A stretch of DNA of 63,451 bases, counting the filler, from Craspedostauros australis (Eukaryota): NCBI GenBank assembly GCA_030167865.1. It is 12 parts of 12 records of this genome, joined end to end, with 100 filler letters (N's around TTAATTAATTAA, not from the genome) between each part and the next. Parts side by side here need not be neighbours in the genome. Positions count along the whole stretch, not along the records: positions 17,785 to 45,176 come from JALAGF010000215.1; 11 more parts are not named here. One strand, given 5' to 3'. Position numbers and translations under genes: made by a program. Every line of letters begins with the position of its first letter. Position 1 is the stretch's first letter. Under the pieces are notes generated by a model. It did not search any database and was not told where the DNA came from. It worked only from the letters and a program-made list of their open reading frames with translations. Shown piece after piece: positions 23,246-35,281 of this stretch.

Positions 23246-23907
23246 GGTTGTTTCCTTTTCTGTTTTTGCTTGCGTTTGCGATTTGTTGCTTGCTGCTTGT
23301 TGTTTGCTGTTGTGGTTGTGAATATTGTTTGAGTTTGGAATTGTGAGAGGAAGGAGGAGTTGACGATTGCATCTTCGCTTCTGCGTTGCTTTGTTGGTGT
23401 GTTGGTGTGTTGGTGTGTTGGTGCGCTGGGCCTGGTGTACTCCTGCCAAACAACAAGCAACAACAACGGCATTTTCCACACAAAAAGTGAGGGACAGAAA
23501 TGTGTGAAACATGCGCCTCATCTTCTTTTCGCATCGATGGTGATCCAAAGAAGAGAATGGAAGAGTTTCGATGAATTGACTCTTTGACTCAATCGACTAT
23601 TACGAATCGTGGTTGTTGCATGGTACTTAGTTAATGTCAACTGAGGACGTCCACCGAAATTGTGGAAATCACACAGAAATCGTGTCTCGCGCTTCTCACG
23701 CAATCTGCGAACGTGAGCGTGGATCGGAGGATCGCAACACTGAGGAGAAGCGAACAAACCAATGAGGAAGAGACGAACGGAGGCACAGAGTCCTCTTGCT
23801 GATGGCAGGTACGAGCTATACTCGTATCATAGTTCAACACTAAGCAATGCATACCAACACGATCAGTTGCATTTGCGTTTGCATTCGCTCCCAAAAGAAG
23901 CATCAAG

Positions 23908-26900
23908 ATGGGCAAAGGAAAGACGCAGTCGAAGTCTCTGAAATCGTCGCAACCGGTTGCGTTCCCTCATGATGGGCCGATCCACCATTGCTTCCGACGG
24001 CAGCTTGACGGCAGCAGCAGGATCGATGACGCGCAGGGTGGAGAACGGCATCAACAGGATCAACGGCATGGATCTGCGGAAGTCAGTGACGACTGGATGC
24101 ATGAGGAGAGCTTGACGGCCGCACTGCGGATCCTGTCTGCCATCGAGGGCCTCAGCGATCCGTCGCAGATCCCTGCAACATCGGCCTGCACAACGCTCTG
24201 CTGGAACTTGAGGCATTCCGCGGCGATCAAGGAGCAGCTCAAGCATCTGCAGCAGTTCAAGAATCAGCTCCTGCTGCATCAAAAGAGAGGGACGCTGTCG
24301 CACTTCGCAACGCATCAGGATTTGTGCGCGATCTACCGCTTGCAGCTGGAGTGGTCCTTCTCGCATCAGACGCCGCTTCCGCTGCGCCGGGCCATCCAGA
24401 CGAACCTTTCGACGCTTGCCGATTTCATTGCGGGCGGCGGAACCGGGATGACAGATCTCAACATCCGCAATGACGTTCTTCGCTCCTTGTGGAACTCCGC
24501 CGAAACTGGTCCGTGCTGGGATTCGCCGATGGACGCGCTGGAGATCATCGTCACGTACGAGCCCATGGCAAAGATGCTGCAGAAACCCCAAGGGCAGCAG
24601 GACCTGTTCCAATACCTCCACGCGGCCAAGCTGCGGCGGTACTTGGGAGAGTTCGACCAGGCGCAGCTCGATGGTGACCAAACGTTCATGAAGGATGGTT
24701 TGAAGATAGCGGAGATGATCAAGATCTCGCTGTCGGGCAGCAGCAGCAGTAGCAGCAGTGGTGGCAGCAAGGAAGGGAAGATGGGACAGCAGGATCGCTC
24801 GTCCCTTCCACAGCCATCGCTGTTGGGACAGATCAAGCGATTTTTGCTCTCGCTCATGTCCTGTCCCATGATCCAGTTTGAGCACAAGATCGTCGGCATT
24901 GCGTACGCCAAGCTCATTTTGAAATCATCAGCTGACCCCTGCAGCACCGCCACGGACCTGCTGGACCAACTGGATCGGTCCTCCGGAGATTCAACAATCG
25001 AATCGGACTTCAACCACCTGCCGCTGCAGGCTCATCTTTCGCTCATTCAAGGTCTCGTGGGCAGCCTGACGTCGCAAGTTCTGTGCACGCAAATCACCGT
25101 TCATCATGGCGAACAGGATGTTCGAACCACGCTCCTGGAAAAAGTGTGGCGTCACATCATCACAACCAAGCACAGCGCTTCGGATCCCGCAGTCCGTTTC
25201 GGTGCCCTCAGCGCATTGTCAGGCGTGCTGAACCGCTACAAGTCGATCACCAAAACGCCTGCCGACCCGCAATCGGTCGCATTCTCAGCAGCGCCAGTGT
25301 TGATCGATGAAACTCTCGACATCGTCATGCACGAATGGGAAAATCCGCCGATGCGGAAGATAGGCACGATGCTGCCGGGACTTTTCGCGGCGCTGATATC
25401 ATATCTCGACGACGCTGCGCTCAAATCGCTGACGCTGCGCGTTGTGGAACAGCCGGCCCATCGCAAGGGGCGCTACCTGGCGTTGGAGGCCCTGCTGCCC
25501 AAGGTCAACGTCGTCGAGCCATCACAGTCGCACGACCTCACGATTCACCCCGAAACCTTGTTGGATGGTATTGGCGATCGTGGTGGCAATACGGGTGCGA
25601 TAGCGGATCTTTGGATCAGCATCCTCAACCATCTGTGGACCCAACTCCACCAAGGCATCAAGAACGCCACTACGCAAGCTGCAACTAAATCAGACAAGTC
25701 CAATGATAATGACGATCACGCCTTCCATCGATGGACGGGATTCTGGATTGAATCACTTGTCCGAGCGCTGCTTGATCCCATTCTCAGCCGACGAAAGCAA
25801 GTTTCTTCCTTTTGCATACCGAGATTAGCGGATTACATGAAGCGCAGCAAAGTGCTGCGACCGAGGACTTCGGCAGCATTCGCGTCCATGCTTTCGGCCA
25901 TCGAAGCGAACGATCATCACGTCCAACGGACATCCCACGATGAACTTCGACATCGATTGCTGTGGGCGAAGCTCGAGACCATTCGGCAAGTGCATGCGCA
26001 GAAAGCCGCGGATGAGGTCTTTGCACAATCCATCGCTGCGAACTTATCACACAATCAGGTCGAGATGGCGATGGTGCATTGCAACGAAGCTGTCCGAATC
26101 GCCGCTTGCCAAGCGCTACCGGCTTTGCGATTGTCCATCGCAGATGAAGCGCGGCTTTGGAAAGTGGCGTTGCCCAGCTCACTGCGATCGACTGAAAGCA
26201 AGGACTACATCAACAACATCCTGCAATGCTTGTGTGGCTTTCTAGAGAGGTACATGCAAGATGAGGGTCGGTGCATTTCTGCTGGAGCGCGTTCCGCCAC
26301 TACCGCTGCCAATCCTTCTCCTCCCGCTCCTACCCCAAACACCGACCAAGACGAAACGAGCATCCTCGAGGGACTGTATGGCTTCGTGACCAATGATTTG
26401 ATTCATGACTTCTTGATCCGTCAACACGCGTACCCAGGCACCATCATGGAGAAGGAATCATCCTGCTTGTCATTCCTTGCATGCATCCTTGGATTCGCGA
26501 CGCAGGATCAGAGCCTGAGCAACGAGAAGTCTGCCGCGAAGAACAGCTCAATCTTCAAGCGCAGACGCTCTGCAATTGAGACGAGGACCGCCCATCGCAT
26601 CTTGCAGGTGGTGGTTGGCGATGCTTCGACCATCGCTGTTGCATTCGGACTTCTGCAGTCGGACTGGGATGCAATTCGATCCCTGGCATTTCGAACACTT
26701 TCGAGATTGGTCCATGCAGCCAATGAGCACGGCATTGAATTTCCAGCCGAGTACGCGTCAGCGGCATCAAGGCAAATCATAGCAAAGCGAGCCATCTACC
26801 TGGCATCATCCCCAAGGCAAAGAGAGGCGGACACAGGTGCAAGGATGTTGGTATTTCTGTTCTTATTGCGGCCCGCTGGCATCGAAAGGACCTCATTCTT

Positions 26901-29900
26901 CGACATGCTTCTTGGTCTGCTGACTCAGAGACTGGCGGAAACGAAGACTCATCTGCATGCCCTGTTCAGTGGGTCCGCGGATCGAGATGGAAGGGATCTC
27001 CCACTCGCGCATGGTGTTATTCATGGCATCAGGCTTTGCATCGAACAAATTCCGTCATTAAAGTCGAGACGGGGTGCTGCCGATCTTCAGGTCATTTCCG
27101 ATGATACGTACAGCAGACTCCTTACGGAACTGGGCAAGGCGCTGAAGATGTCGCTGTCCATCGTAGCAGACATTCACGCAGGTGCCAGCCTTGAAGGGCT
27201 TGATGATGACGACGACTTGGCATTTGATGGCATGCCACCGCCGGGATCAGGAGCGACAGCAGGTACTCCTCTGAATGTGAACACCGGCGCCATCGGGGCA
27301 AATGGAACGTTCACATCCGTCCAAATCTCCGATGATGCCGAGTTGATCCGAAGGCTCGCATTTCAACGGGTCGTCGTCGGGTCGTGGTTGCTCACGAAAG
27401 AGGCTTGCGCGGCGGTGGCAGCTACAATATCCGTCGAAGAGTACGTGGCATCCACGAAGGTCATCAACGACGTTGGCATACTGCTCATCAATACACTCGC
27501 GTCGCTGAAGCATGCCGGTGCAGCTTTTGCGGCGCACGATGCCTTGCAGCAGATTGCGACAGCATGCATATCAGGCCGGCTCGGCGATGACGCAAAGGAT
27601 CTCCTCAGGCAGTGGATCGACCGGCTCTTCGACGAGATATCGGAATCGGACAAAGTTCGAGATTCGACCTTGCGCCGCAGCACAGGATACGGCCTTGGCT
27701 TCCTTGCCATCATGCGGGCGAGCGTGTCACTCTCAGCACCCGCATCATCTGCGGGTCTTTGCCAGACTTCATTGAAGCAGCTCCTCAAGTTCACGTTGCC
27801 CTCACCCGATTCGGTGAAGCTGTCGCTCTCCCGGCTCGACATCGACGTGGGGCAACTGGACGGCGCGTTCAGCTTTCTGAAGCATGACGATGTGTTTCAC
27901 GAGGGGCGTTCCGAGGAGACTTCCAGCGCACAGACGCGGGTGCACGCCATGAACGTGCTGAGGCTGATTCTCCTCGATGCACCGCTAGCGAACGAAGTGC
28001 GGCTCATGATCGGTGACGCCGTCGTTGCATCGCTGTTGGGGTACAACGACCTGGCCTGGGCGGTGCGCAACTCCTCGACCATGGTGTTCGCAGCCGCGAT
28101 GCTCCGTTCCATCGACCCCGACAAGAACGCATCCAACAAGGACACGACCAGCAGCAACGCCATCACCGTATCAGAATTGGCCCGTCGCTATCCCGCGCTG
28201 CTTCCATTCCTCAAATCCATGCTGCGTTCGGGCGTTGCATCAAGTTCGCAAGCTACGGTGGACCTATTTGACAGCGTCGAGAAGCAGATTCACCCTATTC
28301 TACTGCTGCTGTCGCGAGTGCAATCTGTAGCTGCGTCTGGGACGCTTGCATCTGGGCACATCAGCTCGTTCATCCCTTTGGTCCAACGGTGCTTGCAGAA
28401 TAGAGATTTTTCTGTCAGAGCAGCCGCTGCTAGGGCTCTCGCCAACATTTGCTCTGGCAACCACGCCACCATTTTCAACGAGTGCCTCGATCATGTGATC
28501 GGTACCGCAGCCTGCAGCCCAAAGCAGGTCGACTTCAATCATATCCACGGCAGCCTCCTTGGCATTCGGGGTTTGCTAAGCTCCGACTTTCTCGATGGAG
28601 AGTCGTGCAGACAAAGACTGCTTCATTCTGACATCTTCGAAGAACGCGAGGTTCCACCGCCTTGTTTGGAGACATATGTCGCCTGCCTCGATGACATGGT
28701 GGAAAGGGTTGCTGCTGAGCATCATCCAGTGATACTGCAAGCCGCAAAGAAATGGCTCGCGCGCGACTGCGGTAACTCCGTGGGATTCTCCAAGCTCAGA
28801 ATTACAGTCGGCACCCTCAATGCCAGAGTGCTCTCGCGAGTTCTTTGGTCTACTGATGCCATCGTGGAAGAGGCCGCATTCGATGCCCACCTCGCCCACA
28901 TGCGATCCCTCTTCGAACATGACGATCTGGATGTGAGATTTTCAGCCGTCAAGACATTCAAGAAGTCGATGGATCAACGCATAGCAGACGCCCAGAGCCT
29001 GTTCTCAGCCTCAGAAACCAGAGTTGCCGCCCTATCAAGAATCGCCGGCACCTTGTTGACGTGCCTCCATAACGAGTCAAAACGCGGAGCTGGCAACAGC
29101 AGCAGCAACATCGATGTTACTGGGACTGGGATTGGCGCTGGTACAGATGTGACGAATGAAGCATCCACCCAGCCGCATCCGCCAACGGTCCGACGCTTAT
29201 CGCGATGCTATCTGGAGTGCATTTATGCGATCATGGATGCCTCGGGTGCTGAAAAGCCACGACCTCAAGATGCGATGGCCAAGCCTCGCCGAGTCGAGAG
29301 CAAAGATCTCATCTGGAATGTCGCAAGGTCGATGGAACATGTGGAGAATTCAGTCTCCGTCCCAAGCCGGAGGAAAAGTGCATCCGATGCATTCAGCAGC
29401 ACAGATGGTTACCGCTTGCTGGCAAATACTGTTGAAATGATGGCCATTGCTCTATCCGCTGCCGAACACGACCTTCCTCCCGCCCATGAGACTATCTCCA
29501 CTGCTGCCGACAGCGAGACCACCAGGCTCAGCACGTTCGTCGATCGCTGTGCCGAGCTTGTGAACGGCGACTCGTACTGGAGATGTCGCCACAGCGTAGT
29601 CATCGCAATCCAAATGTCCGGACTGTTGGCGACTATCGGTGATTTGAATGGAGCATCATCGACAGGAGCTGAGGGAAGGGCCGCAACGCCCACAGACGAT
29701 GCCATGTCCAAAACGAGACAGCGATTATTTGCACTGCTGACGATGATGCTCCAGGATAATGATCAGGATGTTCGTGAGGCCGCCGCACGTGCAGTCTCCC
29801 AAACGGTGTTTGTACGAGCACACGCCAAGCCTGACGATCTCCACGAGGTTGAAAAGATTGATGCCATGGACGACGTGACACCTTCGATGTTGCTGCAGCA

Positions 29901-30744
29901 CGTGTTCACAAGAGGACAACGCGATGGTAGCGTGGCAACAGAACGTCGCGGTGTTTCCACAAGCATAGCGATCGCCTTGGCTACAGCGATGAAGACCAGC
30001 GATGGCATTGTGGCGAAACTCAAGGCGTACATGCTGGAATCGAGCTACCTGCAGGAGGTGGAGACTCTGGAGCACATCTACAATTCAACGACGACGCGCA
30101 AGATCTTCGAGAAGGAAGAACCGAACCAATCATATGACAAATGCCTCGCAATCCAGCTGGAGGTACTGTCGTGGTGGAACAACCATACCGGCGAGGACCA
30201 CGCGGGCGACAGGGCGGACTGTGCGCGCAACAGTGATGACGCTGACATCGATAGTGGCAAAAGAGGCAGTTCCGTCGTGGGCAATCTGGAAGCCCTTCGC
30301 GCCGATGTCCTGACGACCGTCCAGCAATGCTTGGAATGCATGGATCAGATGGAACAGGGCGATCAGCAGCTCCAGCAGTCGCACACCGAAGGAACATCAG
30401 GATCCTCTCCAATTGCTGGATCGTTCCCATTCCACGTTACGAGATCACCATTGATCTTTGCCTCTTTACACAGCATTTTGCTTGCGGCAGCCGTGGTGTT
30501 GCATGGATCAGGGGCGAACAGAAACAAGAAGGAAGCTCGGAGACTGGCCGATATTTCGACAAAGCTGTTGCTCAAGTACGGAAGCACCAAGCCTGGGGCG
30601 AGTCCAGAAAGCAGTAGATGTCATCCGGAGGTTGTGAAGGCCATTCGATGCGTCGTTGATCAGGCAGGAGGCGAGAGCGACACCCAAGACCGGCGGCCGA
30701 ATCCTGCCATCAAGCTGGAAGATTGCCTTTTCTTGCTTCATTGA
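23908..30744 (+). CDS. THADA: THADA/Trm732 homolog (HEAT/ARM protein with DUF2428; tRNA 2'-O-methylation cofactor family), 2278 aa, single ORF
   Basis: Conserved blocks SSPRQREADTGA, SWLLTKEAC, LKHAGA, TLRRSTG, RVHAMNVLRLI and WAVRNSSTMVFAA, and a late FEKEEPN. Confidence 0.88.
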   Translation: MGKGKTQSKSLKSSQPVAFPHDGPIHHCFRRQLDGSSRIDDAQGGERHQQDQRHGSAEVSDDWMHEESLTAALRILSAIEGLSDPSQIPATSACTTLCWNLRHSAAIKEQLKHLQQFKNQLLLHQKRGTLSHFATHQDLCAIYRLQLEWSFSHQTPLPLRRAIQTNLSTLADFIAGGGTGMTDLNIRNDVLRSLWNSAETGPCWDSPMDALEIIVTYEPMAKMLQKPQGQQDLFQYLHAAKLRRYLGEFDQAQLDGDQTFMKDGLKIAEMIKISLSGSSSSSSSGGSKEGKMGQQDRSSLPQPSLLGQIKRFLLSLMSCPMIQFEHKIVGIAYAKLILKSSADPCSTATDLLDQLDRSSGDSTIESDFNHLPLQAHLSLIQGLVGSLTSQVLCTQITVHHGEQDVRTTLLEKVWRHIITTKHSASDPAVRFGALSALSGVLNRYKSITKTPADPQSVAFSAAPVLIDETLDIVMHEWENPPMRKIGTMLPGLFAALISYLDDAALKSLTLRVVEQPAHRKGRYLALEALLPKVNVVEPSQSHDLTIHPETLLDGIGDRGGNTGAIADLWISILNHLWTQLHQGIKNATTQAATKSDKSNDNDDHAFHRWTGFWIESLVRALLDPILSRRKQVSSFCIPRLADYMKRSKVLRPRTSAAFASMLSAIEANDHHVQRTSHDELRHRLLWAKLETIRQVHAQKAADEVFAQSIAANLSHNQVEMAMVHCNEAVRIAACQALPALRLSIADEARLWKVALPSSLRSTESKDYINNILQCLCGFLERYMQDEGRCISAGARSATTAANPSPPAPTPNTDQDETSILEGLYGFVTNDLIHDFLIRQHAYPGTIMEKESSCLSFLACILGFATQDQSLSNEKSAAKNSSIFKRRRSAIETRTAHRILQVVVGDASTIAVAFGLLQSDWDAIRSLAFRTLSRLVHAANEHGIEFPAEYASAASRQIIAKRAIYLASSPRQREADTGARMLVFLFLLRPAGIERTSFFDMLLGLLTQRLAETKTHLHALFSGSADRDGRDLPLAHGVIHGIRLCIEQIPSLKSRRGAADLQVISDDTYSRLLTELGKALKMSLSIVADIHAGASLEGLDDDDDLAFDGMPPPGSGATAGTPLNVNTGAIGANGTFTSVQISDDAELIRRLAFQRVVVGSWLLTKEACAAVAATISVEEYVASTKVINDVGILLINTLASLKHAGAAFAAHDALQQIATACISGRLGDDAKDLLRQWIDRLFDEISESDKVRDSTLRRSTGYGLGFLAIMRASVSLSAPASSAGLCQTSLKQLLKFTLPSPDSVKLSLSRLDIDVGQLDGAFSFLKHDDVFHEGRSEETSSAQTRVHAMNVLRLILLDAPLANEVRLMIGDAVVASLLGYNDLAWAVRNSSTMVFAAAMLRSIDPDKNASNKDTTSSNAITVSELARRYPALLPFLKSMLRSGVASSSQATVDLFDSVEKQIHPILLLLSRVQSVAASGTLASGHISSFIPLVQRCLQNRDFSVRAAAARALANICSGNHATIFNECLDHVIGTAACSPKQVDFNHIHGSLLGIRGLLSSDFLDGESCRQRLLHSDIFEEREVPPPCLETYVACLDDMVERVAAEHHPVILQAAKKWLARDCGNSVGFSKLRITVGTLNARVLSRVLWSTDAIVEEAAFDAHLAHMRSLFEHDDLDVRFSAVKTFKKSMDQRIADAQSLFSASETRVAALSRIAGTLLTCLHNESKRGAGNSSSNIDVTGTGIGAGTDVTNEASTQPHPPTVRRLSRCYLECIYAIMDASGAEKPRPQDAMAKPRRVESKDLIWNVARSMEHVENSVSVPSRRKSASDAFSSTDGYRLLANTVEMMAIALSAAEHDLPPAHETISTAADSETTRLSTFVDRCAELVNGDSYWRCRHSVVIAIQMSGLLATIGDLNGASSTGAEGRAATPTDDAMSKTRQRLFALLTMMLQDNDQDVREAAARAVSQTVFVRAHAKPDDLHEVEKIDAMDDVTPSMLLQHVFTRGQRDGSVATERRGVSTSIAIALATAMKTSDGIVAKLKAYMLESSYLQEVETLEHIYNSTTTRKIFEKEEPNQSYDKCLAIQLEVLSWWNNHTGEDHAGDRADCARNSDDADIDSGKRGSSVVGNLEALRADVLTTVQQCLECMDQMEQGDQQLQQSHTEGTSGSSPIAGSFPFHVTRSPLIFASLHSILLAAAVVLHGSGANRNKKEARRLADISTKLLLKYGSTKPGASPESSRCHPEVVKAIRCVVDQAGGESDTQDRRPNPAIKLEDCLFLLH

Positions 30745-31402
30745 AGCTGACCGACAGCGCGCGTTCGGCGTAGCGCCAGGAGGTCAAACAGTGTCTTCCC
30801 CCATGCCCGATGTACGGGGCGCGGTGTCATGGTGGGAATCCGATGCTCCGCGAGATTGATGCGTGCACACGGCCAGGGGCGACAAGTAAAAGACACACAT
30901 TCCGTGGTGCATCAGGCGTGATCCAACCGGTTGATTCGCTGGCCGTACGAGTGGAATGGCCCACACCTTCGACTCCTGGGCAGAAGCAAGGGCCCGAACC
31001 AAAAACAAAACAGAGAAGACGGAGCATATCTCGTGGCGAATCCCATGCCAACCCGACCAAGATCGAGTCGGAGCAGAAGCGTGGAGGAGGAGGAGCGCAT
31101 GCGACAGCATTCGTGTGCGCTCTGGTGAGAGACGCCACGTCCCGGTCATCGTACGAGTAGTAGTAGCAAGTGGTAACACACGAGAATGCACTCGTACGAG
31201 CTACTGCATGGTGTGAGGACGAACGCCGCCAATTGGAACCGCAGGAACTCTGGATTTCGTCTGTGCCAGGTTTGGGTATTCCTGATGTGATCCGCTTGCT
31301 CAACTGGATCTTGAGGCCGCCAGTGTTCACATGGTGACACCAAGGCGTAAAGATACCTTGCGCGGATCGAACCCTGGCTGGCATTCGGTGAAATGCCGCG
31401 TC

Positions 31403-31427
31403 GAGAGAGAGAGAGAGAGAGAGAGAG
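31403..31427. repeat. (GA)n microsatellite
   Basis: About 12 GA units, seen directly. Confidence 0.95.
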
Positions 31428-34400
31428 GGATCACAAGAAGCATTGAAACCCATCATCGCCTGACCCAAGGCCATCTGCAAAGAAGAACGACGGTCAACAT
31501 GATGCGTGCTTCAATCGTAGCGGCAGGGGTGGGGAAATCAGCACTCTGCTGCGGGTGCTGGTGTCGCTGAGTTGCTGCGTGTACTCTTGGCCTCGTAGCC
31601 TACAAGCGTACCCATGATACTGATGGGTAGAGGGAACAAAGCGCATCCTTCTCTATCCGTACTCGCATAGCGACGATGCCTTTCTTATTCTCCGCCCGTG
31701 GAGGGATCCACCTCTGTTTTGTGTGTGCGTGGGCAATTCCACGTCGCTGCTCATGTCTTTTCGCAAAGACGCTCGCGGGGACAAGTTCAAGTGCTTTGCC
31801 GAATTTTGCCGAATTTTGCCGCCATGACCATCGGCGACGTGGTCGTTGTTGCTGTTTTCGAGGTTGGCCAAGACCACGGCCGAGCATTTCCAAAGCGTGA
31901 AGATCACACGATACCAGCGGTAACTTGAGAGTGCACTTGTGCGCCGTCGCTCCGCCGCTAGTTGCGGGTGTCGTCGCTGACCGTCCAGCGGTTCAGTGGT
32001 TCTGTGGTGGGCTATGGAATCGATCAGGTCTTCTCTCGGTGGATCACATCCCGAGACGATGCGAGTAGCTCATACGAAGGGGCTGAGTCCATCTTGCGCC
32101 AGGTTTCTACCGAGTTTGTGTTCGTTGCATCCTTGTGTATCAGCACCCTCTCGTATTCTTTGGCGATGTGCAAATCGTCATGTCTGATCCAAGGGGGCTG
32201 GATGCGCGCACGATGGCGATGCCCTGATCGAAGAAGCAACCGCAAGAAAGAGGGCACGCAGATGGGAACAGATGAAAGGCGGAATCGACCTTCCTCTCGA
32301 GCCACGCAGGTGAGACATTTAATCAGCATACGAGGAGAGCATTCTGCGCTTTTGTCCTTGCGGCAGGAAAGCTCCTCTGTGGTAGTGTTGGCGATGCGAT
32401 CATACTCGCCCTCCTCGTAGCTCGCACTGTTATGACGGATGCCTGTCATGGTAGAGTACGATCTACTATGCATGGCACATTCACTGATGTGACACGAGCT
32501 GCGTACTTCCCGGAATAGGTGGTACACACCAATACTCAAGAGTGTTTGTCTGGTACGCTCATGGTCGGCAGTCCAAGCGGCGCTGGGTTGACCGGAGGAG
32601 GTCATGGGCCATGAATCCTGTCATCGGCACACAGATTCAAAGTTCGGTTTCTGGATTGTGTTTCTGAGACGCTAAACGTGAAAACGCAGGACCTTGGCCA
32701 TGCTGTGGGATCGGGAGCGGAGACGATGAAACAGAGGCAACGAATCTCAAAGGTTGTAAACGCGCCCAGTGATGACATCGCAACAGAAGAGGCATCTTGT
32801 GACGAAGTCGGCCTCGCATCGGGATTGGGCAAAACGATTCGGTCATGTGGCATGGCATCTTGTTTCGCGCAATAATTGTTCCAATCGTAGGTCCTCGGTT
32901 CTTTGTCATGGGACGTGCGCTTGTGCCTTGTGACAGTGAGCATGTCTCCTGTCAAGGGCACATTTGATGCGCTATCTGGTAAGTGGAAGTGTTGTGATGT
33001 GACGCACAACCAAGATGAAAAACGATGGAAACAAGTCACAAATTTACGGAAAGCGTGCGATTGAATCCCTGACGATGAAAATCGCTGTTAAATGGATACA
33101 TGTCATGTTTCTACAGATGCCACATGGTCCAATGACCGGGACTTGTTCAGCCAAGTTGGTTGCCTCGACTTGATGTCGCAACGTGCACATTGCCACAATT
33201 TCGGTTTTTTCGTCACTTCCACGCTCACAGTTATTGCGATGTGTTGTGGCGTGGACGAGTGTGCCAACAAGTGGAATACGTGCGCTAATAGTCGTACGGC
33301 TACTCTGTCCTGTTCTTCTGCATGGGTGCGAGTTCCGGCATTTCGTCCAGAACAGAGGAACCACTGCTCCGGCACAGCCTTTCGTTAAAACAGATGAAGA
33401 CGCGAGTATCAAAAGAGATCGCCGCATTGGTTGCGCGTCCCCCAGCGCGCGAACCAGTCGACGTGGGGTGTTAGCGGGCGGGGGTATTCTGCGATCGCCA
33501 TTACCTCTCTCGTGGCAGATTCACTCTCCTTTCCGTCTTCTGCGAACAGTAGATGAGCGCATTGTTGCATACAGACGAGCCATGAACTACCAAACAACGA
33601 TGCATACGAGCTAATCGTGCAATCCTGATAATCACGGTGGAGGAGTGGTAGATTGGACTTCGGAGAGCCGAATCCACCAAGAGAGGAATGGCTCGTAACC
33701 TGGGAAAAGAAAAGGGAACAAGCCCCCCAACGCATTTCTGGACACTGGGTCAACCAAGCATCGAGCACCAACACAAGTACGATCTATAATACTGTTCCAA
33801 TGCCTCTCTACAAGTATAGAGGCTCACGATCACAATCCATCTTATAGTAGAACCCATCCGAGAATCAGAAACCTGCGAAAGAAGGCTTTGCTGGGAGAAA
33901 CCCTTGGAGGTTCTCAAAGCATCATCCACGTCGACACCCAGATTGGCATCCACGAGGTGCTTTTTTGTACTATCAAACCAGTACACTGGCATCAGCATCG
34001 CCAGACACCGTGTGCCGATTTGGATCGCAGCATTTCGTTGCCCGCCACGGATACGCGTAATCCATCGTACCGCATCTCGCCGCATCTCACCGCAACACAT
34101 TTCTCCCCCCTCTCGTTTTCTTTGACACCATCGAAAGTCACAGCTGGTTTGTGTCGAGGGCGCTACGGGCATTCGCGCGAAGTTCGTCAATGGTCACAAA
34201 AAGGACCCAGACAACCGCGCAAGACCACGAATCCGTGCGGCGAATCATCTCACAACACGACACGGTGCTACACCACACAACACAACACACAAAACGCGCA
34301 AAACACGCCTTTCGCGTTACATCACATCGCACCACGTTGTTTTGGATCAGATCGGATTGGAGCTCAACGACCCACAAAATCACAAAACGGATCATCACCC

Positions 34401-34456
34401 GCACGCGAATCAAGCACACAGCCAGCACGAGTACATTGTCTATATCAACAGCAACC

Positions 34457-35281
34457 ATGCCACCCTGCTCCATCCCCCCGAGCTCGTCGCCTCCTCGCAC
34501 CATCGCCATCAAGAGCGCGGCGCGGAACAACGACGCCTGCCCGAGCGGCTCCGCGACGGAAGCCTACCAATACTCCACCGCGAACGGCCAGCAGATGCTC
34601 GAATGCGATGACTTCACCATCAGCTCGACCCATTCCACCAAATCGAAGCCGCTCATGAGACGGTCCTCCTCGCTTTCGCTTTCGCTGTCTTCGCATGAAG
34701 GAAGGAGGCAGCGGCGGCCGTCTCTCCTGTCAAATCAATCCTTCCACAACAGCAGCAACCAAAGCCTGTCCTCCACCGGCAGCCGGCGATCGGTCTCCTT
34801 CTCCCCATCGGTCAAGGTCCGCAAGTCGCTGCTGCTGTCGGACTACACGCCAAAGGAACGCCAGCAGTCCTGGTACGGCGCCAACGAGCTCGAGGTCATC
34901 AAGACGGAGAACAAGGCCATCGTCGGGGAGATGCAGAGCGGGGGCGCTGCGGCGATCGCTCAGAAGGAGGACCTGTGCACAAGAGGCCTGGAGTGCCGGC
35001 TCCCAAGGGTCGTCAAGCAGCGCTATCAGCGCCGCAAGATGGCCCGCCAGGTCGTCCTTCAAGAGCAGCAGCATGGCGACCACCAGCAGCCGCTCTCTGT
35101 GCCAGCGCAGCCGTCCGCCAAGCCCGTCGGCAGGCGGCAAAGCGACGATGGCGATGCCAAGGACACGAGCCTCGATCGAATGGAGCGCCTCGCCATGAAG
35201 TACAAGCACATTACGAGAGAGTCGCAGATGGCAGCCTTCCGCATGGGCCGAATGGATCAGCGCGATGCAGCCAAGAGATAG
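34457..35281 (+). CDS. Uncharacterised protein of a family I recognise as expanded in diatoms (about 274 aa)
   Basis: GC3-rich coding style. It has a Ser-rich N-terminus and the pattern RSVSFSPSVKVR...DYT..E...SWY...E...I and CTRGLE...R...R..VL.EQ. The start is placed at ATG 34457, after a CA-rich UTR. Confidence 0.8.
   Translation: MPPCSIPPSSSPPRTIAIKSAARNNDACPSGSATEAYQYSTANGQQMLECDDFTISSTHSTKSKPLMRRSSSLSLSLSSHEGRRQRRPSLLSNQSFHNSSNQSLSSTGSRRSVSFSPSVKVRKSLLLSDYTPKERQQSWYGANELEVIKTENKAIVGEMQSGGAAAIAQKEDLCTRGLECRLPRVVKQRYQRRKMARQVVLQEQQHGDHQQPLSVPAQPSAKPVGRRQSDDGDAKDTSLDRMERLAMKYKHITRESQMAAFRMGRMDQRDAAKR

Noticed and set aside
30745..34150. Protein-coding genes between THADA and the 34457 gene
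   Set aside because: Only short ORFs without motifs or consistent codon bias are present. A decayed gene is possible, but I cannot support one.
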